IMG/VR virus record: IMGVR_UViG_3300038379_000459
Coordinates: 1-36,341 of that record
DNA: 36,341 bases
Strand: one strand, 5' to 3'
DNA from: a virus
Lineage: Duplodnaviria > Caudoviricetes
The notes below the pieces were generated by a model that ran no database searches, was not told the origin of the DNA, and saw only the letters and a program-made list of their open reading frames with translations. Positions 7,481 to 15,772 of the stretch are shown here, piece after piece (position 1 is the stretch's first letter; each line of letters begins with the position of its first letter). The translations under genes and the position numbers were made by a program.

Positions 7481-9088
7481 ATGCACAAGATTGCCAAGCA
7501 GGTATTGGAGCACCGCCTTGGGCCAGAGGCCGCGGCGGCCTATCGGCCGCCCGACGGCAGCCAGCTTGCGCCACCTGGTGTAGCCAACATGACACAGGGC
7601 GCCATGCTCATTGACCGAGCCTTGGTCAACAAGCGACCGATTGAGATACACTGCGACTACGATGCCGACGGAAATACGTCAGCTGCGCTGATGTACGGGT
7701 TCATCAAACAGTCGTGTCCAGATGCTACGGTCGAGGTGTACGTCGCCAATCGGTCAGAGGGGTACGGCTACCGCTTTGTCAGTAAGCACCCTGGCAGCCT
7801 CAAGATCTTACTTGACTGCGGCTCTAACGACAGAGAGGGTGTTGAAACAAGCGTGTCGCTCGGTCACGAAGTGGTCATCTTGGACCATCACCAGATCGGA
7901 TCAGTGAACTGCATTGGGCTACACAATGTGGTGCTGGTCAGCACGCAGCTGGCTGGTACCACGGAGCCAATGAGCAACCTGTGCACAGCAGGCATTGCTT
8001 GGTACATGTGCGCAACGCTGCGGTCGCGATTTGCGGCAGACAAAGGTGGCATCATCGAATACGCTGACCCGTCAGGTTTTTCTCCTTATGCAGCAATAGG
8101 CACGATTGCCGACGTGTGCTATATGGATACCAACAATAGAGCGTTGGTGGCCACCGGACTTAGACGCCTTGCCTCGGACCCGGGCCAGGGCCTATCTGCC
8201 CTGTGTGACGCTTTTTACATCCGACCTCCGGTCAGCAGCAAGGACATATCGTTCGGCCTAATACCGGCCATTAACGCACCGGGCCGTCTGGGCGATGCAC
8301 GACCAGCATTTGAGGCCATGGCATTTGGCACCAAGCCAGCCATCGCCGCGCTTCGCGCGGCCAATAAGAAGCGCAAGGAGCTACAGGACAAATATGTATC
8401 CGATGCCATACCGATGGCAGAGAAGAAGTCTTGGATGCCGTTTGTTATTGTATCAAGCGACCAATGGCAGTCCGGCCTGGTTGGCATCATTGCCGGACGA
8501 TTGGCCCAGTCGTACAGGCGACCTGCCGCAGCTGTGGCCATTGAAGGCGACATTGGGCGCGGGTCGGTGCGTGGCGTGCCTGGCGTGGACGTGGTGGAGG
8601 TGCTCCGCGCAGCGGAGCGAGCGACGGGCGAAGAGTGTTTTTTAAAGCTCGGCGGACACGCCATGGCTGCCGGGTTTACTGTCAAAGCGGACAAGCTGGC
8701 GCTGGTAGAAGCGGAGCTGGCAGCGGCCAAGATAGAATACCAGCCCATACACATCGACCCAGACCTTATGGTGCTGGACGTTGGCCAGCTTAACCAGGAC
8801 CTGATTGAGTCCATAGACGAGCTCGGGCCCTTTGGACCCGGATGGAGGTATCCATCGTTCTACACGCCTGACTGGAAAGTTGCATCAGTGTCACAGGGTG
8901 CTCGTGGCTCAATGGAGATGATGGTCCGTCGCGGCAATATCGAGCACAAGGCCGTGTCTTTCGGCTGGACCGGCGACTTGCCCAAGGCAGGGCAGAAAGT
9001 GGATCTGACCTATGAGTTCGAAAGGGACACGTACCACGGCGGCACAAGGCTCGTTGTTTCAAACGGCATCGCAGTCCGAACCTACTAA
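7481..9088 (+). CDS. recJ: RecJ-like ssDNA 5'-3' exonuclease (DHH/DHHA1)
   Basis: DYDADG, LDCG, ILDHH, GTIADV, INAPGRL, RGSVR, GGHAMAAG, LGPFG motifs. Confidence 0.93.
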   Translation: MHKIAKQVLEHRLGPEAAAAYRPPDGSQLAPPGVANMTQGAMLIDRALVNKRPIEIHCDYDADGNTSAALMYGFIKQSCPDATVEVYVANRSEGYGYRFVSKHPGSLKILLDCGSNDREGVETSVSLGHEVVILDHHQIGSVNCIGLHNVVLVSTQLAGTTEPMSNLCTAGIAWYMCATLRSRFAADKGGIIEYADPSGFSPYAAIGTIADVCYMDTNNRALVATGLRRLASDPGQGLSALCDAFYIRPPVSSKDISFGLIPAINAPGRLGDARPAFEAMAFGTKPAIAALRAANKKRKELQDKYVSDAIPMAEKKSWMPFVIVSSDQWQSGLVGIIAGRLAQSYRRPAAAVAIEGDIGRGSVRGVPGVDVVEVLRAAERATGEECFLKLGGHAMAAGFTVKADKLALVEAELAAAKIEYQPIHIDPDLMVLDVGQLNQDLIESIDELGPFGPGWRYPSFYTPDWKVASVSQGARGSMEMMVRRGNIEHKAVSFGWTGDLPKAGQKVDLTYEFERDTYHGGTRLVVSNGIAVRTY

Positions 9089-9605
9089 GAAGTGCACTAG
9101 GTGCAAAAGGGTTCTGGTCCTATCGATGTTTTTCAGAATGGGGAGCGGTAGGCGCAGAAGTGACTGCAAGTTGTGCAGTTCTGTGAACAGGCGCGATACA
9201 CGCCGAACCAGTCATGTGTCATATGCCAATGTTATTTTGAGCGGAGCGCGCCGTAGAGCAAAGGAGCGCGGGTTAAAGATAGACCTTGACCGTCAATGGG
9301 TTATTGACAAGATCAAGAGCGGATGCCAGATCAGCGGCCTGCAATTCAGGTTTGAAAAAACCATCAGTGTTGGAACCGGGAATGCCCATCCGTACTACCC
9401 AACTGTTGACAAAATAAATCCGTCCAAGGGTTACACCAAGGACAACTGTAGGATAGTGTGCTGGTTTGTAAACCGGGCCAAAGGAACCATGAGTGATTCT
9501 GAGTTCATTGCCTGCGCCAATCTCATCGCCTACATGAACCCCATGCCATTTGAGGACGTCAAAAAAGAGCTTCGTCGATCCTTCTTGACATATATGTCAA
9601 AGTAG
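9012..9605 (+). CDS. HNH-like (beta-beta-alpha-Me) endonuclease with zinc ribbon
   Basis: CTRC..CKLC, then CQISG...PTVDKINPSKGYTKDNC..VC..VNRAK. Confidence 0.75.
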   Translation: MSSKGTRTTAAQGSLFQTASQSEPTKKCTRCKRVLVLSMFFRMGSGRRRSDCKLCSSVNRRDTRRTSHVSYANVILSGARRRAKERGLKIDLDRQWVIDKIKSGCQISGLQFRFEKTISVGTGNAHPYYPTVDKINPSKGYTKDNCRIVCWFVNRAKGTMSDSEFIACANLIAYMNPMPFEDVKKELRRSFLTYMSK

Positions 9606-9616
9606 AGTAGTATAAT
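9585..9616 (+). promoter_or_regulatory. Promoter with perfect 16-bp palindrome (operator)
   Basis: TTGACATATATGTCAA palindrome at 9585-9600. TTGACA-17-TAGTAT with adjacent TATAAT. Confidence 0.7.
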
Positions 9617-9632
9617 AGAAAAGGTGGAAACA

Positions 9633-9812
9633 ATGCTTGAATACACCGGACAAGACAGCGTCGAAGAGTTTAGCGCAGAAGAGGTCACGTCGGTCGAAGA
9701 TTTCGTACCAACCTTGCCTCCTGGGTACATGATGCAGCGCGCACTGGATGCATTTTCTAGCCTATCCAAAGATGAGCAACGCATGTTCCTGGAGGCGATC
9801 AATGCAAATTAA
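9633..9812 (+). CDS. Small acidic hypothetical protein
   Basis: First ORF after the promoter, AAGGTGG RBS. Confidence 0.55.
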   Translation: MLEYTGQDSVEEFSAEEVTSVEDFVPTLPPGYMMQRALDAFSSLSKDEQRMFLEAINAN

Positions 9813-9957
9813 TCTTGGACCCATGCTCAAGTGGTCATTGGGGGCTGTACTCAACTGCACTGCGGCCGGAGCCATGCACGGCACGCCGTGGGTATGGCTG
9901 TTTTACGCACTGACCGCGTTATGTTTTGTTGGCATAGTACGGGAGTCTGGCATATGA
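9802..9957 (+). CDS. Small membrane protein
   Basis: GGAGG RBS, two hydrophobic segments, ATGA-coupled to the next gene. Confidence 0.5.
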   Translation: MQINLGPMLKWSLGAVLNCTAAGAMHGTPWVWLFYALTALCFVGIVRESGI

Positions 9958-10367
9958 AACATTGGACGTGGAAGAAAACGCCGTCGGTTTACTTCCGTGC
10001 GACCTTTCTTGTCTTTGACCATCGTCAACTAGACCTGCGCATTACCTTCTATTACCGGAATCCATACCAGGCCGTAAGCGTTCTCGCTACCCCGATGAGT
10101 GACTCGAATCACTTCATTGCCGGCGGCGGATCTCCGGTCGATGTTATGCGACGCGTACAGGACGTCATGGGCATGGATTCGGCTGATGTGGACGAGGTCT
10201 TGGCTGAATGGTTAGATCTTGCGAAAACCGACAAGTTGCCAGCCATACCTCTGCCAGGGATCGAGGACGAGCATCCTGACACGTGTCCCGACTGCAAAGT
10301 GCCAGGCGCAGTTGTGCGCACTGCATGCATTTGCGCGAAATGTGGCAAAGTGATTTGGGGGTGCTAA
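9954..10367 (+). CDS. Hypothetical protein: one copy of a repeated ~90 aa domain + C-terminal zinc ribbon
   Basis: KHWTW...HR...GSPVDVM...EVLAEWLDL, then CPDC...CAKC. Confidence 0.7.
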   Translation: MKHWTWKKTPSVYFRATFLVFDHRQLDLRITFYYRNPYQAVSVLATPMSDSNHFIAGGGSPVDVMRRVQDVMGMDSADVDEVLAEWLDLAKTDKLPAIPLPGIEDEHPDTCPDCKVPGAVVRTACICAKCGKVIWGC

Positions 10368-10972
10368 TGGAAAAAACGCTCAAATATTGGACTTGGCAAC
10401 CGGGCCTTAAACTCCCTACGATTCTTCGTACTGTCATTTTTACGCATCGCAAGCTCCCGGTGTGTGTTGAATTAGAATTCAACACACGTTCGGGCGCCAT
10501 GAAGGCTATGGCTTCTTCTAATGCCGGTCTGGTGGTATTTACCCAAGGATCTCCGGCCGACGTCATGAAGCGCGTACAGGAGCGGGGCCTGGGTGCGCCT
10601 GATGCGGACGAACTCTTGTCTGAGTGGTTAGACCTCACAATGGAGATTCGGTTGGCAAAAAGGCTCAAGTACTGGTCCTGGAAGTCTCTTCAAAGACTCG
10701 ACAAGTCGCTTTGCTCCATTACACTCATTCACCGCAATTCCAATTTGTTTGTTGATCTGGATTACGATCCAGCCTCAGGCAGCCAGACAGCTCGCGCTTA
10801 TTCTCCCGAGGGTGGTTACGAGATTGACGAAGGAAATCCGATCGATGTCATGAAGCAATGTCGGTACACGGTAGGACTGGATTTGGCTGACGCGGCGGAG
10901 CTTTTGGCTGAGTGGCTAACACTTTTGCTTCCAATTGATATTACAACCGACCCGGAGGAGGGTATGCAATGA
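10367..10972 (+). CDS. Hypothetical protein: two copies of the same ~90 aa domain
   Basis: LKYWTW..HR..GSPADVM..ELLSEWLDL and LKYWSW..HR..GNPIDVM..ELLAEWLTL. Confidence 0.7.
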   Translation: MEKTLKYWTWQPGLKLPTILRTVIFTHRKLPVCVELEFNTRSGAMKAMASSNAGLVVFTQGSPADVMKRVQERGLGAPDADELLSEWLDLTMEIRLAKRLKYWSWKSLQRLDKSLCSITLIHRNSNLFVDLDYDPASGSQTARAYSPEGGYEIDEGNPIDVMKQCRYTVGLDLADAAELLAEWLTLLLPIDITTDPEEGMQ

Positions 10973-11391
10973 AGAACAGTCACATAACATTTGACGGCAA
11001 ACAAAAAACCGTGACCATCCAGGAACTGTGTGCTTTCGGTGGTGACGAGTCTCAGGTAGAAATCCTGAAGGCACTGTTTCCACTGGAGGAAATCCCTCTT
11101 AACACAGAGACCGTCGAGTTGTGTATTAAAAACCATATTGATGTTGAATGGTATCTTAGAGCCGCCCGCACTGGTACCGGCTGGATCAGGAATCAGTATG
11201 GCACCACTATGTGGTACAAGGACGGCGCTCTCCATCGCGAAGATGGGCCAGCTGTGAAGCACATCAACGGTGGCGAGGAGTGGTATTGGCATGGTGAGCT
11301 CCATCGCGAAGATGGACCGGCTGTTAAGTACAGTGATGGTGAAGAGGAGTGGTATTGGCATGGTGAGCTCCGTAAAAGCGAGTTCAAGTAA
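10969..11391 (+). CDS. MORN-like 'LHREDGPA' repeat protein
   Basis: Two 22 aa repeats W(Y)xxGxLHREDGPAV, GGAGG RBS. Confidence 0.8.
   Translation: MKNSHITFDGKQKTVTIQELCAFGGDESQVEILKALFPLEEIPLNTETVELCIKNHIDVEWYLRAARTGTGWIRNQYGTTMWYKDGALHREDGPAVKHINGGEEWYWHGELHREDGPAVKYSDGEEEWYWHGELRKSEFK
11226..11371 (+). repeat. 66-bp tandem coding repeat (~2.2 copies)
   Basis: CTCCATCGCGAAGATGG and GAGGAGTGGTATTGGCATGGTGAGCTCC each recur 66 bp apart. Confidence 0.85.
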
Positions 11392-11493
11392 TGTGTGGAT
11401 TTTACTGTCTCATGTTTATTGGACAAATCATTGCAGCAGGACCCGCCACGGCCTACTGGCCGGGCGACGGTTTCTGCGGAAAGGTCAAAGCAA

Positions 11494-11790
11494 ATGGCAA
11501 AACGTTCAAATAGTCAGATAGTCACATTGCGCATCGAACGCTCCCTCTTGGAACATCCGGGTGGATTTGTAATGTACGTACTTCCAAATGTATGCGCGCA
11601 GCTGTTGAAGACCGAGGACCGTTTGGGGCTATGTGCGAAGGACAGTGGAGATCTCCTGTACGACTGCCTACAGGACGAAGAAGCGGAACGTGCCATCGCC
11701 AAGGTGAGTTTGATGTTATCAGGCCGGTCATGCCTTCGCTTCGAATGCGCGCGTTCGACTACCTCGTCTTTATCCAGGAGTAAAAAATGA
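11494..11790 (+). CDS. Hypothetical protein
   Basis: ORF coupled to the resolvase gene. Start uncertain (11395 or 11494). Confidence 0.5.
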   Translation: MAKRSNSQIVTLRIERSLLEHPGGFVMYVLPNVCAQLLKTEDRLGLCAKDSGDLLYDCLQDEEAERAIAKVSLMLSGRSCLRFECARSTTSSLSRSKK

Positions 11791-12197
11791 CATACATTGG
11801 CGTTGATCCGGGAAATAAGAACTGTGGCTATTGCGAGATGGGACCCGACGGCTTTGTTGCATACACCGGGACGAGCGACGACGTGTGTGTGCAGATTTGG
11901 TCCACGGGCCTGCAACGGGCCGCCGCTCGCGGCGCGTTCGAGCGGTACGAACCTTACGCCGGAAGTAAAAAGTTTGCCTACCAAATGGGCCACCTGGCGT
12001 GCAAGCTTGAGAGCTTTGGCCTGGTTGGGTATTCTGTGCGCGAGGTGCGCGAACACTTCTTCGGCGAACTGACATCGAAAGACGAAATGCACTCACTCTT
12101 GCTTAGTGAACATTACGACCTTGCAGTCCAATGCAGAACCGCTCACGAACTGGACGCATTGGCGGTTGCACTTTGCCATAAGGAATCGATCGTATGA
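11787..12197 (+). CDS. RuvC-like Holliday junction resolvase
   Basis: YIGVDPG..NCG N-terminus, central Glu, HELDALAVALCH C-terminus. Confidence 0.8.
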   Translation: MTYIGVDPGNKNCGYCEMGPDGFVAYTGTSDDVCVQIWSTGLQRAAARGAFERYEPYAGSKKFAYQMGHLACKLESFGLVGYSVREVREHFFGELTSKDEMHSLLLSEHYDLAVQCRTAHELDALAVALCHKESIV

Positions 12198-12682
12198 ATG
12201 ACGAATGGCGAACACCACCTGATGTTTTAGAAAGAGCATTTCGAATTGCAACTCATCGGGAGCCAATCCCTGGTAAGCCGCTGTGGGACTACGACCTTTG
12301 CTGCACGCGAGAGAATTGCGTGGCGCCGCGTGGCAATTGGAACCATCTCAAGATGCCGTCGGAGATTTGGCACGCCATGGGCGATGCGCACCGTGTGTGG
12401 TGCAACCCGCCTTACTCGCGAGGCAATATTAAATATTGGTGGAGGATAGTGCAGGCGCTACGGGAGTTAGATGGTGAGGCAAAGGTAGTTCGTATGTATG
12501 TCATGCTCTTGCCTGCCGACACATCGACGCAATGGTTTGCGGAAATTGACGCCGCCCATGAGGTGTCCTACAAATTTCTTCAGCCGCGTGTTCGGTTTCT
12601 GAAGCCTGATGGCACGCCAGGGGGCACACCGCGATTCGGCTCAATGGTGGTGTTGGTAAGAACACAATTGTTGTTTTATTAA
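12194..12682 (+). CDS. Phage DNA N6-adenine methyltransferase (Dam-type)
   Basis: DEWRTPP, WCNPPYS, VMLLPA.TST.WF, RVRF motifs. Confidence 0.88.
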   Translation: MNDEWRTPPDVLERAFRIATHREPIPGKPLWDYDLCCTRENCVAPRGNWNHLKMPSEIWHAMGDAHRVWCNPPYSRGNIKYWWRIVQALRELDGEAKVVRMYVMLLPADTSTQWFAEIDAAHEVSYKFLQPRVRFLKPDGTPGGTPRFGSMVVLVRTQLLFY

Positions 12683-12704
12683 AGAACGCAAAGGAGATTC
12701 TCCA

Positions 12705-13034
12705 ATGAAGAAGCTGACAATAGAGGAATATTTTGAACAGCAATACGAAGCCAACAAGACGGACGCGCAAAAAATTCCAAAGGACATCTTGCCCAATTGG
12801 CAAAGCGGCAACGCTCAGGATTTTGCAAGCGGCGGCGGATACCAGTACATGAGACCCTGGGCTGTGTTTTATTACACAGGTGACTGGTGGCGGTACGTTG
12901 AAATTTCTCGAGCCAAAAGTTCTATCGTGGCCATGAAAGGTGGAGGTCTTGGCCGGCGCCGGACGAACCTTGAAACGAAAAGGTTTGTTGCTCTCGATAT
13001 TACCACTGATCCGGATTGTGAATTTATTGCCTAG
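12705..13034 (+). CDS. Hypothetical protein
   Basis: AAGGAG RBS. Confidence 0.65.
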   Translation: MKKLTIEEYFEQQYEANKTDAQKIPKDILPNWQSGNAQDFASGGGYQYMRPWAVFYYTGDWWRYVEISRAKSSIVAMKGGGLGRRRTNLETKRFVALDITTDPDCEFIA

Positions 13035-13043
13035 GAGTGAACA

Positions 13044-13421
13044 ATGAGTAAACTACCAGATAGCGGACAACGCACTACATTCTCTGCGGGTGGTCAAAAA
13101 GAAACAGCGGGCAAGGCAAGTGGGTTCCACCTTCTGCCACGTGCGGGCATTGAGCGTCTGGCTCAGCGGTACGCCGATGGCGCTGCCAAGTATTCACCGC
13201 GCAACTGGGAGCGCGGGATACCCAAGGAGGAATGCATCAACGCAGCGTTCCGACACCTACTTCAGCTCGCAGAGGGCGACCAGTCGGAGGACCACGCCGC
13301 CGCGGTTGCCTGGTGGATGATGGCCGTGATGCACTTTGAAAAGGGGAGCGAGAATCGAGCGAGTGAAGAAGATGAATTAATTCACTGCACTTCTTACTCC
13401 GAAGACCCAATTGCCATATAA
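13044..13421 (+). CDS. DUF5664-like dATP/dGTP diphosphohydrolase domain protein
   Basis: FHLLP...GAAKYSPRNWERG...AAFRHL...GD.SEDHAAAVAW. Confidence 0.85.
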   Translation: MSKLPDSGQRTTFSAGGQKETAGKASGFHLLPRAGIERLAQRYADGAAKYSPRNWERGIPKEECINAAFRHLLQLAEGDQSEDHAAAVAWWMMAVMHFEKGSENRASEEDELIHCTSYSEDPIAI

Positions 13422-13430
13422 GGAAGTATC

Positions 13431-14048
13431 ATGGATAGACTAGAGCTAATACGAAGAACACATGCAGCATTGCTGGTCAAGAAGCAGCTTGAAGAGCGCC
13501 GAGCCCAAAAGCGTATCAAGCGCACGCCAGAGGAGCGTCGTGCGAAGTACAACGCTACCATGGGCAGCAAGGATGAGCGCATACGCAAGCGCATCAGCAG
13601 GCAGGACAACGGATGCTGGATATGGACCGGGCGCATGGAGCACGGCTCACCGGTGTACAATATGTCGGACAATGGCAAAACAGGCCGCGTACAGATACGC
13701 AGATACCTCGGAGGAGATCTGTTTAAAAACGCCTACCGCACCACAACGTCTTGCGGCAACCCAAAGTGTGTCAGCCCAGAACATGCAGTATTTGTCTGTG
13801 GACGTCGCAGTTCGCTTACAATTGACAAGGTAAGGTATATCAAATACCTGATAACGCTGGAGCTGGGCAATAAAGACATTGGCCATATCGTTGACACGCC
13901 ACCAAACACTGTGGCATCAATACGCGCTGGAAGATCATGGGCCAAGGTTGAAGCCATGGATATCACGGCGGCGGAGCCGCCTGCAACCACGCAGGCTGTG
14001 GACTTTATACCCACAAGCGATATACTACAGCCATGCGCATCAATTTAA
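13431..14048 (+). CDS. HNH-fold protein (degenerate active site) with C-terminal HTH
   Basis: GCWIWTG, CGNPKCVSPEH, then LT...V..IK...TVASIRAGRSW. Confidence 0.75.
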   Translation: MDRLELIRRTHAALLVKKQLEERRAQKRIKRTPEERRAKYNATMGSKDERIRKRISRQDNGCWIWTGRMEHGSPVYNMSDNGKTGRVQIRRYLGGDLFKNAYRTTTSCGNPKCVSPEHAVFVCGRRSSLTIDKVRYIKYLITLELGNKDIGHIVDTPPNTVASIRAGRSWAKVEAMDITAAEPPATTQAVDFIPTSDILQPCASI

Positions 14049-14329
14049 AGATAGACAAGAACAACTTCGACCAGCATCTGCTGGAGCGTTTTTTTGACAA
14101 GGACGAGCTTGAGAGCATCTGGGATGACTATGGAGACGCCCTGGACTTTAACGTCTGGTGCGGAGATTGGTCCGGTGCGCACGTGTCGCTTGGGTGTGAT
14201 CAGTTGGACAAAGAGATATTCTCCATGGAGCTGAGCAGGTTTGAACTCGAGGAGATCCAGTGGGCCATAGGTCGAGCACTTGACTACATGTACATGCAGA
14301 ACCGTGGGCATGGCGACGAGGGATTTTAA
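14033..14329 (+). CDS. Acidic hypothetical protein
   Basis: Fills the gap between coupled genes. Confidence 0.55.
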   Translation: MRINLKIDKNNFDQHLLERFFDKDELESIWDDYGDALDFNVWCGDWSGAHVSLGCDQLDKEIFSMELSRFELEEIQWAIGRALDYMYMQNRGHGDEGF

Positions 14330-14854
14330 ATGGTGCTGTACAAGGACATCCCGCTGGTTCCGGCCAAGCACGCCGGAAGGACAAGAAATCTAACGGCAAT
14401 AGACACCGTTGTTATCCATCGTCTTGCGCGCGGGAGCGGAGATGCTGGGCTGCGCTATATCCAGGACCCAGGTGATGGGCGCGTTGTCAGCTGGCACCTG
14501 ACCCTGCACAACGACAAATTCTCCAGGCCATACACCAAGCACCTTAAGCTTAGCCAGGTCGCATGGCATTGCGGCCAGCCGACCAAGGGCGTTGATCCAA
14601 GGTGGCCACAGGGTGTCAATGCAACCAGCATCGGCATTGAACTGGACGGCCCAATGGACAGTCCGATATCTGACAGAATGCACGAGAACCTACTTGATCT
14701 ACTTGTGCAGATCAAGCCGCTTTGCCCCAACATCCGCTTCTTGGCCAGTCATCGCTATCTCGATGCGCTCGGCCCAAGGGCCTCGCGCAGAGACCCTGGC
14801 AAGGAGTTTGATTGGTCCCGGTTTGAGAAGCTTGGATGGGAGCAGCTTAAATAG
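14330..14854 (+). CDS. N-acetylmuramoyl-L-alanine amidase (Amidase_2) endolysin
   Basis: VVIH, VSWH, VAWHCG, N..SIGIE, SHR, DPG..FDW motifs. Confidence 0.92.
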   Translation: MVLYKDIPLVPAKHAGRTRNLTAIDTVVIHRLARGSGDAGLRYIQDPGDGRVVSWHLTLHNDKFSRPYTKHLKLSQVAWHCGQPTKGVDPRWPQGVNATSIGIELDGPMDSPISDRMHENLLDLLVQIKPLCPNIRFLASHRYLDALGPRASRRDPGKEFDWSRFEKLGWEQLK

Positions 14855-15048
14855 TGAAAATCAAGCGCAATGCAGCGAAGTGCAGGAAGTGCGGAGACAT
14901 CATACAGAGCAAGCACAGGCATGACTTTGTGGCCTGCAGATGTAAGGCGATCTTTGTAGATGGCGGCCTAGAGTACCTGCGTCGCGGAGCTGAGTCCTGG
15001 GATATACTCGAGGACCTGTCTGAGACTACCGAGGACGACGAACAATAG
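14854..15048 (+). CDS. Small zinc-ribbon phage protein
   Basis: NAAKCRKCGDII.S.HRHDFV.C.C..IFVDGG..YLRR, a pattern common in phages. Confidence 0.75.
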   Translation: MKIKRNAAKCRKCGDIIQSKHRHDFVACRCKAIFVDGGLEYLRRGAESWDILEDLSETTEDDEQ

Positions 15049-15220
15049 CCCACTCTTTGGACTCTAATGTCCGAATGTCGGACATGATCTTGGCGACATG
15101 TTTTTCAACGTCAGCTTCTGTCATCCTGGACGACCGGTCATTCAGGTCGTTGAGTTCCGATATGGCCTTGGTGGTGCCTTGGATAATGGCGCTGATAGCC
15201 TCGAAGATTAATGCGTGCAT
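15026..15220 (-). CDS. Hypothetical protein
   Basis: Last ORF of the late arm, adjacent to the upstream stop. Confidence 0.55.
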   Translation of the reverse strand: MHALIFEAISAIIQGTTKAISELNDLNDRSSRMTEADVEKHVAKIMSDIRTLESKEWAIVRRPR

Positions 15221-15221
15221 G

Positions 15222-15740
15222 CTACACAGACGACTTCTTGAGTTCGGCCTCTAGGCGATCTAGGGCGGTCGGCGACGCATTAAGCTGCTCAATGAGCTGC
15301 TCTAGCCATTCTAGCGCCGGGGCCGCCTCAGACAGCAGCTGTTTGGCAATCTCTTCCCCGCCCGGTAGGGCGGCAACCTTGGCGGCGCGACTAAGGGTCT
15401 CGAGCGCAAGGGCGATGGTCTGCGCCACGCGCTCGCGGAACACATGGCACCCCTGTAGGTTTTGACACTCCCTGTCGCCCTTTATACCACATACTTGAGC
15501 CTCGGCCTGGCAGTGCCGAGTTGCGGCCTGCACGAACTTCGGCGTCATGTCGTTTAAACGCTTTATAAGCCCTATGGCGCTGTCGTAGACGGCTGGCTTA
15601 TCCGGAGTGCTGGACTTGCCAAAAAGCCCGCCAAGGGCCGCACAGGAGCCCATGGTGATAATATATATAGCAAACGCCGCCCCGGCCGCTATTGCCGCCA
15701 GGCGCGTTGCCATGTCCTTAAAATATGTATTATAGCGCAT
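15222..15740 (-). CDS. Membrane-anchored/lipoprotein-like helical protein (possible spanin-type lysis accessory)
   Basis: N-terminal hydrophobic segment ending MGSC, four further Cys, helical C-terminus. Confidence 0.5.
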   Translation of the reverse strand: MRYNTYFKDMATRLAAIAAGAAFAIYIITMGSCAALGGLFGKSSTPDKPAVYDSAIGLIKRLNDMTPKFVQAATRHCQAEAQVCGIKGDRECQNLQGCHVFRERVAQTIALALETLSRAAKVAALPGGEEIAKQLLSEAAPALEWLEQLIEQLNASPTALDRLEAELKKSSV

Positions 15741-15755
15741 ATTCCTATGGTAGCA
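15741..15755 (-). promoter_or_regulatory. Extended -10 promoter, leaderless
   Basis: TGcTACCAT + 6 nt + ATG. Confidence 0.5.
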
Positions 15756-15772
15756 CGTAGGCGGCAGGCGTC

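Noticed and set aside
8215-8814. 199 aa antisense ORF within recJ
   Set aside because: A shadow ORF of a GC-rich coding strand, S/A-rich with no motif.
11226-11371. Diversity-generating retroelement TR/VR pair
   Set aside because: The repeats are tandem and in frame, the differences are not adenine-specific, and no reverse transcriptase is present.
5902-13421. 2-aminoadenine (Z) or 7-deazaguanine genome system
   Set aside because: No PurZ, Que/Fol/DpdA genes or dedicated polymerase recognised.
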